From: Styela clava
Lineage: Eukaryota
Direction of reading: 5' to 3'
Assembly (NCBI RefSeq): GCF_964204865.1
Contig: NC_135259.1
Location: forward strand, 20,088,001-20,152,000
DNA: 64,000 nt
The position numbers and the translations under genes were made by a program. This document shows positions 37,030 through 50,200 of the stretch, in pieces; the stretch's first letter is position 1; the number at the start of each line of letters is the position of its first letter. A model generated the notes under the pieces. The model was not told the DNA's origin, made no database searches, and saw only the letters and a program-made list of their open reading frames with translations.

Positions 37030-37820
37030 AATGATGATTATCTGATAGATTTGATTCAGCGTATATCTCCGTTTGATGATTTACTTTTCCGTTTGACAAG
37101 ATACTTCTTAGAACACCTAAGTGTCCATTATTGTTTTACAATTTCACTTTACATAAGAAACAGCCATTCCTGCGTATGGGGATACGTTTTATAATGAACT
37201 GAAAATTGCGCTCATTTGTACGGTTATTTTCAATAGTTTTTTAATGGTATTTATAACTGGTGTAGTTTTGTGCACCAGGATTACGCGTTAGTGATCAAAT
37301 GTTTTTACACGTTATGAGGACATATTCTATAACAAAATATATAATTCTGGGATTTGTTTGTGCGGTTAAATTTATCGATTACCAACCTAATTCATTGTAG
37401 AAGAAATTATATTTTCTTCTATAGCGTGGGGCTATAAACACAAATAATATTTGATGAATCTCATAATAGCTTTGATTCATCACATTTGATGATTCAATTT
37501 TTTGTTTGACAAGCTACTTCTCAGAACGCTTAGGTGTGAAATATTGTTTACATAATTTTGGTACATAAGGCCTTAATTAAGATGCAGCCATTCCTGCGTA
37601 TGTGATCACGGTTTTTAAAAAACTGAAAACTGCGCTTATCAAAATCAAATTTGTCGATAGGCAACATAATCCATCATAGTAGAAAAGTCTCGTTTCTCTG
37701 AAAGTGTGGACTATAAACACAAATAATAATTGATGATTTTCATAATAGATTCAATTCATCGCACTTGATGATTCACTTTTCCATTTAACAAGCTACTTCT
37801 TAGAACACTTAGGTGTGATT
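37030..37820. repeat. Three diverged 300-400 bp tandem copies
   Basis: TTGATGATT...ACAAG.TACTTCT.AGAAC at ~37073, ~37487 and ~37764. Confidence 0.8.
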
Positions 37821-38700
37821 CTCCTACTCCTTATAGGACATTCCATGGACCAAAAGCCATTTTTGTTTTCATGTACTTTTATTTTAATTATCAAGTGTTA
37901 ACTTAATTGTGAATTTTGTTATTGGAAGTATTTTCACGCCTTCTTTTTAAATAACCACTTATTTATATGAAGATATAAACTCGTTTTGAAAGAGTCGAAA
38001 TGACAATCGAGAACTTACCCTACGATGAGAACATGTTGAATTTCAACGCCTTAACGCCAAGGATAGATAGTTACTACCTTTCAGAAAAAGCAAAATTGGT
38101 TAGGCAATGTCGATCATGAATGATTCAGGGCTTCTTGGAAATATTACCCACTCGTAGTCAATAGTGGCATTTAAGGAGCTTTGTACAGAATGAATAATTG
38201 TAAAAATGTTCCATGAAATGCCACTCATTTTAAATGCATCAAAACAATAAATTATTCTATGTTTTCCTTTCCAAAGCTATGAAAAAACAAACGACTGTTC
38301 TTTATTTTAAGAAGCACTTTCAATCAAAAATACCACAATGAGTATTTTAAACACATTAAATGAATAATTCTATGTTTCTCCGTTTGAAGCCATGATTACA
38401 GCTAACATCAAACAAACTTTCAATCAAAACGCCACACCCAGAATTTGTGACAAGTTTGTTCAGAATTAAAGTCATTTATAAGCAGATTATAATTTATATT
38501 TCAATGTTTTTTTCCTATCTTTGTCACGATTTTGTGTATTTTAACATATGTAAATGATATTTCTTCGTATTGTTTATACTAATGTATTCAATGTCATTCA
38601 TTCTAATGTTGGCCCGACATTTTGACCTCCGTTTTGTCACGTATAGGCGAAAACAAAAATTATTTAATTAGATACCTCGTGTCTGTTCGACTCCATAACT

Positions 38701-39002
38701 CAGTGGTTCTCAAACTTTTTAAGCCTCGCCCCTTTTGAGAATTTGTTAAGACCCGTGCCCACTTCAAAAATAACTAGCTAACAATAAGATACAAATAAAA
38801 ATAGTATCGCGAAAGAATGTTTTGTTCAAAAAAAAAAAAAAACGTTTAAAATACATGAATTGAATTGCAATCTCAAAACAATCAAAAAATGTAAATATCC
38901 AAAACAAGGCGGGGAAGATACATTTTTTAATTAGCTTCACACCCCCTCAAAAAATTGTCTACGCCCCCGTGTGGGGCTGGCCCCACCGTTTGAGAACCAC
39001 TG
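38701..39002. mobile_element. hAT MITE
   Basis: Perfect TIR CAGTGGTTCTCAAAC/GTTTGAGAACCACTG. Confidence 0.88.
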
Positions 39003-39524
39003 ACCAGCTTCATTCGAATGCTATGATATTTTCATAATAACATTTGACGCATCATGTTTTGGTGACGGGGACACGCTTGCCTGTGTGCAGCTTAAATATA
39101 ACGAATTAAATTTCACTATCAAACATAATATTCAAGTGAGGTTGGGTACTTTCGAATAACCGATGATTTCAGAATCGAATCGAATCTTGAATACTGAAGA
39201 TATTTAAATTTAATGTTCCAATGACATAATCGTATGCTACTTTTTATTATACTAGGTCCTTCAGGCACTTAAATTACTGAAGACATATAATCCATTACTT
39301 AGTCAGTTCGTTGTGTTTACACACAAGAAAACATGTTCCATCAATAACTCACTTGAAAAAAAAGAATCATATGTCAGAATGACATTTGAAAATGAAGCTC
39401 AAAAAACAAGGGATCTCAACTTTGGGCGGACAAAAAACAAGATGGCGGCGATTCGAATTTTTTTTGAATTGATTTACTATTCGATTCGAAATGCTCAGCT
39501 TTTGTTACGAGTTACGTGTTAAGC

Positions 39525-40020
39525 TTGACATGCTTTAGATACTACGGCTTGACAAGTCAGATTGACAGATTTCAAGATAACGGATCTGTTTATTGACGAT
39601 GCCAAGATTGATTGACGTTTCAGTGGGATAAGCGTCGGAGATACTGTATGCAATTTGTGACATCGAAAAAAATTAAAACGGAATCCTGAATTCGAAATTA
39701 TTTGACTGATCAACTGCGCTGGCATCTGATCCACTTATATAATTTTATTCAATTTGGAATTGAAGTGAGGTGTCACACCTTAACATCTGGGATTGAATAT
39801 TTATGAGGGGAAGGGGGGAAGGGTAACGATATCACTGGCTTAACATGCTATAGATACTACGGCTTGACAAGTAAAAGTGACAGATCTCAAGATAACTGAT
39901 CTGTTTATTGACGATGCCAAGATTGATTGACGTTTCAGTGGGATAAGAGTCGGAAATATTGTATGCAATTTTGCGTCATCGACAACAACAAAAACGGAAT
40001 CCTAAATTCCGATATTATAT
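39525..40020. repeat. About 170-bp direct duplication
   Basis: 39528-39700 vs 39843-40015. Confidence 0.85.
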
Positions 40021-41995
40021 TTTTACGCATTTTAGCTTCGAGAAATACTTTGCATAAGTACCCAATGATATGTAACATGCTATTATTTTTTAAAAGAAGT
40101 GGAACCTTTTCCGTTTGGCATTGCTTAATCAATTGATTTAGCCAAGTGTTGATTGTAATCATCACGTCAATGCATGAAACAGAAGTTATGTTTTTTGTGG
40201 GCAGTATATTGTGTAATTCAAGAGTCCTTGCTGCACACTAACACGAATTTATTTCTGCGTTTGGGTTAGTGTGCAGCAGGACATTTGAATTGAATAGTAT
40301 GGTTATGTTTATTCCTGCCACAGCATCCGTGCATAGCACACATACGGATTCTCTAACGGAAAGGAATTGAGGAAGAATCAGTAATCATTAATTTATACAT
40401 TATACAGAAAAATTTCAGGGTGAAAGGAGACGCCGAAAACCAAAACTGATTATCGAGCGGCGGCACCTTTTGGGAGTTCGCGTCGCGCAACCTCTACCTA
40501 TAAGTGTATTGTCTGTTTGTGTTTAAATTCATCAACATGGTTTTTTTTATCCTCTTATTAATGACCGTGATTATTACCTTAAATTAGTAATAATTGGTAT
40601 GGTCGTTTTTCTAGTTCATTCCAGTTCCTATCTACTTAGTCTGTCAAGTAGTTATTTGATTCTTGTGCGATGCACATTATTCAGATGAGAATTTTTGATC
40701 GCCGTCATCTTGTTTTTTTTTGTCCGCCCGTAGGTCGAGATAGATCCCACATTTTTTGTCCATGTCAAATTTAAAAAAATATTTCTAACATATGACTTTT
40801 TGTCTTCGAAATGAGTTATTGATGAAACATGTTTCTTGCCGTCTGCGAACACTCACTAATTTATGTGTCCGGAGGATGAAACATTCAATACAACTACATA
40901 TCTTACAAGTATTCCAGATTCGATTCGAAAAAAATATTCGATTCGATTCTGGAATCATCAAATATGTGATAATGCCCAGCTCTAGTGGTATTAGAAGTAA
41001 TTTACGAGTTCTGTTTTTGGTCACTCCATATTTAACAACATTATCGCAAAGTCACTGTTACAGTATCGGAGCAAGTTTATATTTAGAATTCGCAATAGCC
41101 ATTTATCATCACCATGGCATGCATATACCAGTGTATTGTGGGCTCATTTTTAAATTTATCAGACTGGTCCCGTGTCATTTTTCAGTAAAAGCCATGATTA
41201 TTACCTTAAATTAGTAATAATTGGCCTGGTTACTTTTCTAACCCGCCAAGTCTTGTCTGTTTACATCTATCATTTGTTTATTTGGTTTTTGCGCGCTGTT
41301 CAGGCTCATACTTTGTGTTTAGCTGTAAATGACTAGATTAAGCCTCGTTGTCAAATAGGATCGCGTCGATGCCAGATGCAGATTTTTTTTGGGGGTAGTA
41401 TATTGTGTGTTTTGTTTAAATTCGCGATTATCCTTCCTTCAATGTCTATTGTCATAGATTACTAATAATTGGTCTGGGCATATTTCTGATTTATTCCAAT
41501 TATATATATTTGTTTACAACTGTCTTTTAGTTGTTGGTGCGATGTACAATTTCATACTTTGTGTTTAGCTCCAAATGAGGCGATTAAAGACTAGTTGTAA
41601 CGAGAGTGGTCAGGTGATCTGTAGGATAATCACAACTAGCTTTGAAATAGAATTTAGCGGGCAACAAAATCGCTATCGAGCAAAATACAAACGTAGACGA
41701 TATCTAATGGAAGAATAACTTCAGTGGTACGCAAAATTTTTGGCTATTTTTGACCTATTTTATCAAGTTGTGTAAAGGTATTGAAGTCTATGGGCAAGGG
41801 GTTTATTAACCTGGCTAACACAAACAGTCTGCGACCTCGTAATAGAACTGAAAAAGGGAAAATTGGAATAAAATTATGCTCTATTTCTAACCTGGTACAC
41901 ACACTCCGGGAGTACCCCGTTTTTTCTGAAAACTACCAAAATGACTTGTCGGGGACGTACCAATTTGCGCGCAGGGCCAGGTAATGTGCTAGTTG

Positions 41996-42449
41996 CAGTG
42001 GTTCACAAACTTCTTGGTATTGTGAGGCCCTCCGAAAAATATAATCAAGTTGCGACTTCCTGTAAAAAATGTCTTGGTAGCTTTCAATAGCAGACCCCTT
42101 TTCCAATAAATTTTATTTAATTTATGCTTGAAGAGAACTGCCGTGGTGTCAATATTGAATCTTTCAAATCAAGGCGTGTGAATCAGAAATGAATGACATG
42201 CATAGCACGAGCTGACCCAGTGTGTGTGATGTCATAATTAGAACAGCATTAAATGACCCATGACGTTAGCGAGGCCACGTGTAAATAAGGTTGATAGTTA
42301 CAATAATTAATATATTGTCATCTTCAATTCTGGAGTGGAGATTCCAACAAGAATAACAAGAAATCCGCAGAAGAAGAAAAGTTTTGCGACGCTCTAGCAA
42401 AATTGAAACGACGCACTTGGCGTCGCGACGCCCACTTTTAGAACCACGG
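41996..42449. mobile_element. hAT MITE
   Basis: Imperfect CAGTGGTTC TIRs; TGCTAG on both flanks. Confidence 0.65.
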
Positions 42450-43311
42450 TGCTAGGGAATCATAATGAGCTATTATATCAGTTTGAAGTGGTAGAGCTTA
42501 CAATAAACTAACTAACGACTCAAAGTCATGATATTCAACACTACATGCCGTTGGCTTGATAGCTTAGTGCAACAATTCCCAAGCAGGGAAGAACTTCCCC
42601 CTGGGGAGAATTTTTTTTATGGTTTTAGGGCGGGGGGGATTTTGTACTTGCGTATAGTATTGCTAACATCTCGATTTATCTTGTATCATTATTTCATATA
42701 TTTATTCGCACATTGCAAACTAAAAAATAACGCACATAAGCCACGGTTCAGGTCGATGTATATGGAAGCCTTAATTGAATCGCACAATGTGACGTCATTA
42801 CTAATAAAATTAATGTTGCGGAAAATTTAAAATTCATTTCTAAATTGAATCGAAAACAGTCCTATTGTACCTAGTTACAAGCAACTTTGCTTGACTCGCG
42901 AGCGAAGGCCGCGGATTCCCCACGACTTGAGTCCATGTATCAGGAAGGCTTAATTAACTCATTGGTTTATTCTTCACCGAACGCGAGGCCGAGGTTTGCA
43001 AAACCAAGCCATTTTATCCCCTTCACCCGCCTTCCAGAAACAAATGAAAAACCCAAATTCTAAATTCTCCAATATATTCAATGAATTCAACTTGTACTGG
43101 ACTGTATTTTATTACAAATAAATTAAAAGAAAAAATAATATTAAAAAACAAAATAATTAAAAAAAGTAAAATTCTTTTAAAATAAAGATAAATAAATAAT
43201 ATATAAATATAGAGCAGTGTGATATTTAATATTTCAAATTTCAAAATAAAATTAGACAATCGTAAAAGCAATAATTTCAGACGAAGCTCATCGTACCCTT
43301 AGACTTTACTA

Positions 43312-43614
43312 CAGCGGTTCCCAACTGGAATCTCCCGATCAAAATAACAATATTCGCTCTGCGAATTCTAATGTTTGTCGCTGGTTGCAGGTTGCTATCT
43401 GCAGATAACGACCGAACCTAGTTCACTTATTAAGTACAGTTTCACTTGACTGCGAGATAGCAGTCGTAAACGTATTGTAGTCGCAGAAAAATAAACTTTA
43501 ATTCTAATCTTCAGAAACAAAAAAATTGTATTTTTGGAATGTGGAACAGAGGGGCAATGAGTTTTAAACTCATTTGAAAGGGGGTCACGACCCGTAAGGA
43601 ATTGGAAACCACTG
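43312..43614. mobile_element. hAT MITE
   Basis: TIR CAGCGGTTCCCAA/TTGGAAACCACTG; perfect TSD CTTTACTA. Confidence 0.88.
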
Positions 43615-43669
43615 CTTTACTAAACTACTACACATCCAAGTGCTGTCAATGTGTGCGCTTGAAAAAACT

Positions 43670-44000
43670 TTCTCCGTGAACTCGCGTTCGCGATTCTTTC
43701 TTTCCCACATTTTTATTTATTGTAGCATAGGATAAGTTTTTCTCTTGCGAACTCGCGTTTGCGATTTTTCTTTTTCACTTTATTTTCATTTGATGTAGCG
43801 TAGGATGAGCTTTTCTTTGTAAACTCGCGTTCGCGATTCTTCTTTCCCACTTTATTTTCATTTAATGTAGCGCAGGATAAGGTTTTCTCTGAACTCGCGT
43901 AGCGTAGGACGAGCTTTTCGCTGGATTTTTTCTGTGAACTCGTGTTCGCGATTCCTTTTCCTCACTTTATTTTCAATTTACTGTGGCGTAGGTTGAGCCT
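43670..44000. repeat. About 72-bp tandem repeat just downstream of the nvd stop
   Basis: AACTCGCGTTCGCG units near 43678, 43749, 43821, 43891 (partial) and 43936. Confidence 0.88.
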
Positions 44001-44051
44001 GCAACCTTCCACAATAATATGTATTAAACTAGCGTTCGACCTTCAGTCCAA

Positions 44052-44219
44052 TTACCAGTCTAAATCGCCTTCCTTCTTAGTATCCCCTAATCTTGGACTG
44101 TTATCCGTATAGAACTGTTTGTACCATCGCCTGAATGTCTTTTGTACTTTTTCTTCTTTCAAAAATAATGGCTTCGCAAGTATTCGTCTGTTATTCCAAA
44201 CCATGAGATCACGATCGAC
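44052..44219 (-). CDS. nvd: nvd exon 8 (last coding exon, TAA stop)
   Basis: [55 protein letters not shown]. Confidence 0.95.
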   Translation of the reverse strand, partial: VDRDLMVWNNRRILAKPLFLKEEKVQKTFRRWYKQFYTDNSPRLGDTKKEGDLDW

Positions 44220-47200
44220 CTATAAAATTGAAAAAGGAAATGTAAAGACGGTAGCTAAGACTTTGGACTTGACTATATCAATATCAGAAGTTGGAAGAGG
44301 TTCAACCATAGTGTCCCAAAATAAATGAAACCCAATAATTTGTTTACCAATTTTTTGGGCTTTATTTATTTTGGGACACCCTATATATAGTTACTGCAAC
44401 TATTGTCGGTCAGTGGCCGTTCTCAACTTTCAGCTCAGAAACCTGTTTTTTCGTAACCTTACTTTGAGCGAATTTTTTCAAGAAACAACCTTCTCGCAAA
44501 TGTCCGTTCTCGCAAAATTACATGCTCACTAAATGTACTTTCTCGCAAAAGCCAATTCTCACAAAAGTACATTCTGGGAAAAAGTCATTCCCGCAAACGC
44601 CTTTTTGCTTCAAAAGTTTTTTTCCACAATGCAACCTTTTCTAAAAAAATATTTCTCGTGAAACAACATTCTCGCAGAGCTATATTCCCTCAAAATGTCT
44701 TTTATCGCAAAAAAACTCTAACAAAAGGTTATTCGCGCAAACGTCTTTTTTCACAATATTTTTCTCGCAAAACCACATTTTATCAGAAGTCAGTTCTCGC
44801 AAAACAACATTCTCACAATAGTCTGTTTTTGCAAATGTACTTTCTCGCGAAAGATACATTCTCACAAAAAATCATTCTCGAAAATGGTACACTAACGCAA
44901 AAGGTTCATTCTCGCAAAAAATCATTCTCGCAAGTGTATAATAGACTAAAAAATAGTGTACCAACCTGCACAGTCAATCCCCATAAAACAGCCTTCGCGA
45001 TAATGTTCGGTATGTACCAAGGCTTAAACAGCGCATGGGTTAATATTTGATCCATAGGTTCCACTGGTGTAATGTTCTGTATTATTACAATCTTGCCAAC
45101 TGGAGTTGTTACGTGTAGATGAACAACCCCTGGTCCAATCTGCATAAAGAGAATAAAGTGTTATTTGGTGACAACATACACGTTTTCTAACTGGGACAAG
45201 TTTCTCCAAGGATGAGAAATTTCGTTGTTCTTGGAGAAGAATTCTGGGCGCTTCGGAAGTATGTTTACCAATATGGAGGTAACTAATTTTGTTCGCCTTC
45301 TGTACATCAAGTTGTGTAAAGGACCGGAAGCCTATGGACAGGGGGTATATTCTCTTGGCTAACAGAGACAGTACCCGAACTCGTAATAAAACTAAGATAA
45401 GAAAAATCTGAACAAAATTATGACCCAATCCTAACCCGGGGCATCAAACACATAACACCAGCTAAGAATCCAAAAAATATTTAATTAATAAAGTAGTTTT
45501 TATGCATAATGAGGAAGGAATAAAAAGTTCTAAAATAATCGAAAAGGGAATAATTGGTTGCAAAAAAAGTTGGGAGCCACTGCATTGCAAGCTGAAGAAT
45601 TGACAATACTTTTGGGATTTGCAATAGTATGTCATGTAATGGTTCCCCTGGCAGTGGGGATATGAAAATCACGTACTGTATGTCAATATATAGACTTGGA
45701 CTGATTTGAATTAAATAAGCTTACCTGATATATTTGAAAGTTGACGTAGACCATTCTCCACCGACTGAAAACTTCGAAAACATGAAGAAGACTAATTTTT
45801 GCAACGTGTTTTTCGCCCGTTTGAAGCATTGTGCTGTAGTCCGTCTGTTGTAATTGAATAAAAAATGTTTTTAAAAAATTATCTCAAAGCAAGATAACGC
45901 GCACACAGAAGTTATGACTACACCTCTGATTAATTTTATATTTACCTCCATAATATTCCCAGCAAGGTTGAACTTCGAATCAAAATGGGTTGCCAGATTT
46001 ACCCCAGCAAGAACAAGAGGTTGATGAAGATAATTTAGATGCGGTTCATCGTATCCGTTTTCTGGAATATCCTGTGAGAAAAATTGAAGTTGCTGTGAAC
46101 ATTGTACTTGATTTTTTTAGGGGAATACTGGTCTTATTCGCCTGTACTCCTGGCCTTACCCGCGTAGGGTGGTGGTGGGTTGGGGGAGGGGCAGTGTTTA
46201 TAAAAAAAGAAATACAAATAGGATTTCAACTTAAAATTAAGAATTGAATGTTTTAAAGCGTAAAGTGCCAAGTGCCCATCTTGGCGTGTTTACGTACTCT
46301 TGGGCGCTCACTTTCTGAAGTGCACCACAGGGATCAAAACGTTTCGCACAAGAAGCGCTGAGTCTAATCAAATATTTTAAAAGGGATAGAAATTTACTAT
46401 GTACTTGTTAAAGTTTATTTGCCCTGATGACCAGATGTCTAAATGACAGCCCAAATAGCCCTCTACTGAAGAGACCATCTAATAATCAGCAATTGGAAAA
46501 GTATATCCAAACCTATTCACATCTCCGTTGTCACGCCACGGAAAATAATATTTAAATGACAATTGGGGTCTTATATTCATTCTCCTAACCTTATAACGGC
46601 AAGAAGAACTTTCCGAAAGAAGGTCTTCTTTGTCCGATAAATTGTCTAAAATTTTAGTGGTTCTCAAACTTTTTAAACCGCGCCCCCTTTTTAGAATTTG
46701 TCAAGTCTCGCGCCCCGCATCAAAAATTACTAGCTAACAATAAGCTACAAACAACAGGTAAAAGTATGTTTTATTCAGAAAACACTTTACAATGTAAATA
46801 TCCAAAATAAGGCGGACAAAATCAAATCTAACAAATAAGCTTCACGCCCCCTCGAACAAATTGCCTACAAGGGCGCGCCCCACCGTTTGAGAAGCACTGA
46901 ATTCTAAAACGCGTATTCAACTCTATTTACCTGTATATGTGTGTTGATATGATGCTCTATTCGGCCTGCATAAGCATACTGTTGCTTGTCGACTTGCGGT
47001 ACAGAGGGCATTTCCCACTCCGGGTCTGTCCCGTCACAGTGATACCAGACATATATATTACCGTTCATTTCTCGTGAGTGCCAGGTCTTCATATCTCCAT
47101 TCTTTGGCACTGTAAAGTAGAAAAAAAATCAAAATGGACGTTTTAGTGAACTTATTGCCTAGAGCTGATAATTTTATGTATAATTCCTAGGGCATAACTG

Positions 47201-50200
47201 TACCACTACATCATCACTTTGTACAGCTCTAGGCACGCCAATGGCCGCTTGCAATTATTCCATCAAAATTATTTTTACTCTCTATTTAGAGATTACGACG
47301 TTCAGAAAGTTCAATATAAAATAAATTCCGCTCTTAAAGCGTAAGCGTAGGCTTTCAATATTTCAGTTAATATTATTTATGATTTTAGCCGAAGGGTCAG
47401 GACCTTTCCCATGGGAACTAATACAAAATGTAGAACGACCAATTATACTAAAAAATTCCGGGATTGCTTACATTTATCTGAGTAGGGCACTTCGACGCAT
47501 TTCCCTTCCATGTTGAACTTCCAGCCATGGAACGGGCACTGGATACAATCTCCTGACACGCGGCCCCCAACTCCAAGATTTGCTCCCATATGGGTACAAT
47601 AGGCGTCCATCACTGATACGTTGCCAGATTTGCCACGGAAAGCAATTAAGTTTTCCCCTGAAAAAAAAATAATAATAATGAAGTTAAAATTATTCCGTTT
47701 GTTTACTTTTTAATCTAACTTGAGATAAACAGAAGTTAAACATGTCGATGGTGGGGCAATAACAGTATAGTACTGCCCGATTTATATCACTGATTTGCAA
47801 AAGATAATAGGCCACCCCAGAGATTTTCCTATACCCCTTCCTATAAAGGGTGAACACCTTCCTAAAATTTTAATTGATTTACTACTACTTTCGAAAAACA
47901 CAACCGAAAACTGGCATATAACATGCAAGGCAACGAAAGTGAGGCAATATTTACAGCCATGCTTAAATATCTGTCTGAGCGAAATAAGTGTATAAGCCGC
48001 GTAAATTTCAATTGTTACGTCATTGTTGATTAATTGGTGATTGGCCATTGTTCCGGAAAGAAAATTGGTGCTCGGGGAAACATCCATAAAGAGTTCCAAA
48101 ATTGGCATAGAAGGAATTTAACGAAAACGGCTGGGAACCACAGCAATAACGAGTGACATACCATTAGAACCGGGCGTGTAAAGTCGTTTAGTCTTGACTC
48201 TCACAAATATGAAATAAATAAAATATCGTTTATAAACTTTGATGTCGGATTACAAGTAGTAAATACTGAAACGTGACTCAATTATCACATTTTAACCAGT
48301 GTTGCCATTTTTTAGTCACGACATGAAGGGTTAGCAGTTTTTAAAAGGTTTTAAAAGGCGTAGGTGTGGTTAAAAGCCTGGTAAAGCTGGCAACACTCAT
48401 TTCTCCTGAAATTTGAATATTAATTTGAGACAAAGAGTCAGCAGTTACGTCATGTCCGGATTAATTGTATTTAAACTTGTTTCGGAACTCGGTGATCAAT
48501 CAATCTTCTAAATTTAGGTAGAAGTGTAATCACTACTGTTATTCTGAAACTTTTTTTTTGATGATTTCGTTTTTCAAGCCAACAAATTCAGCAAAATAAA
48601 GTCATTAATTTCCTATTAATCAGGCTCGAAGTTTCTCTCCTTCTAATTTTATATGAAAGTATGATCACTCTTTTTTTTCTTAAAAGAAACGTCTGGATGT
48701 TTAGTTGTAGTCGGCCAATAAATATGGAAACATGAGAACGTTTAATTACATTTGCATACAAGTTTGAATTCATGTTACTGTAGATATCAGCCTAGTTATA
48801 GCATTCGCAAAAACAACATTTATTTAAAGTATATTGCCTGCGATTTGATTAAATGTTTGACTGTAATGCATTTATTTTTCTGCTATCGTCTTTTGTCTTT
48901 TTCATTACGCACAAAATAACTGGTATGGAATTTTTATAGAAGAACATTAATTAAGAGTCTTTGGCAGCGGGTGCAACGGATCGTGCAAACTGCAAAACAA
49001 TTTGTTGAAACATTGGCGTCCGTATCATAATGTAATAATAATACTATATATATATATATGTCTTCTGCTAGGAATTTTGCGTGATAAATTAGGCGTGATT
49101 TTTTGTTGTTATTCCTCCAAGGCAAGAGCTGGCATTCGGTACCACCCGTGTCGTTTGTAGTGAAGACCCAAACTTTGAGGATTGTAGATTTGACTATGTT
49201 AGGGTCGCATGTTAAAAGCCTCTGGTTCAACCTTCGTGCTTAAACCTAACTCAAAGTGTAATCAATTAGGTAGAATAAACCGCAACGAAAGATTCCTTTT
49301 ATTCCAACACATACTTTCACTTTACGTATTAATTGCGTTCATAAGGGGCCTAATGTATAGTGAGCGCACTTCCAGCAAACGTAAAAAAAACATGCGTATT
49401 AAATTGTATACAAATAAAAACGTATAATCTGCATTAACGAGAGACATCTATTCTGCGCGATTGAAGAATCGAGACAACGCCTACATTATGATCCAATCAG
49501 ACGCCGTTTCATGTCGCGTCACGAGAAAATATTGTTGTGTAAATTGGGACTTTCAGTGTTCACCGTGGCTTTGCTCAGAAGTGAGTCTTTACCATGTGAC
49601 ATAGATTTGACTGAATTCCCATAAAAAAATGTGCGACAACGCACACATCACTCTAATCAGGCGCCGTTTTATGCCACGTTGCGAGAAAATATTGTTATTA
49701 GAGTCAATGTGCATTTGAAACAAATAATTGGCTAACTAATCCCATGTCCGACATTCACTGGTAACGGGACGAGAGGCCGTGGTTCGCCATATGATTGAGC
49801 CGTCTTAGCGGCTTTCCTATTCCCCGAGATAAATATGTAAGTCATATCCTATTACAGCGTCCTTGATTTTGCTCATAGACGGTCTTCCTTTACTTCTGAA
49901 TGAGTGTACGTGACTACTTTGAAGTAATCTTCGAAAAATGTGCGCCAACGCATACATTACAACTCAAACCAGGCGCTGTTTCATGTCGCGTTGCACGAAA
50001 ATACCATTTTATGTTTCTGATTGGTTTTAGTCGTTGCCCGTGATTTTGCTCAAGGTGGTCTTACTTCTGAGTGAGTGCACGTTACATTACTTTTAGGAAA
50101 TTCCCACAAAAAATGCGAGACATCTCGCACAGAACACTCCAATCAGGCGTTGTTTCACGTTGCGTTGCAAGTGTTACTGGATTATTCAAGCGATCACTCA

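Noticed and set aside
40792-41214. Longest ORF in the track (140 aa)
   Set aside because: Its first part lies within a TTCGAA-family MITE; no recognisable domain or splice support
44658-45050. 130-aa plus-strand ORF
   Set aside because: It runs through an intronic minisatellite and antisense to nvd exon 7
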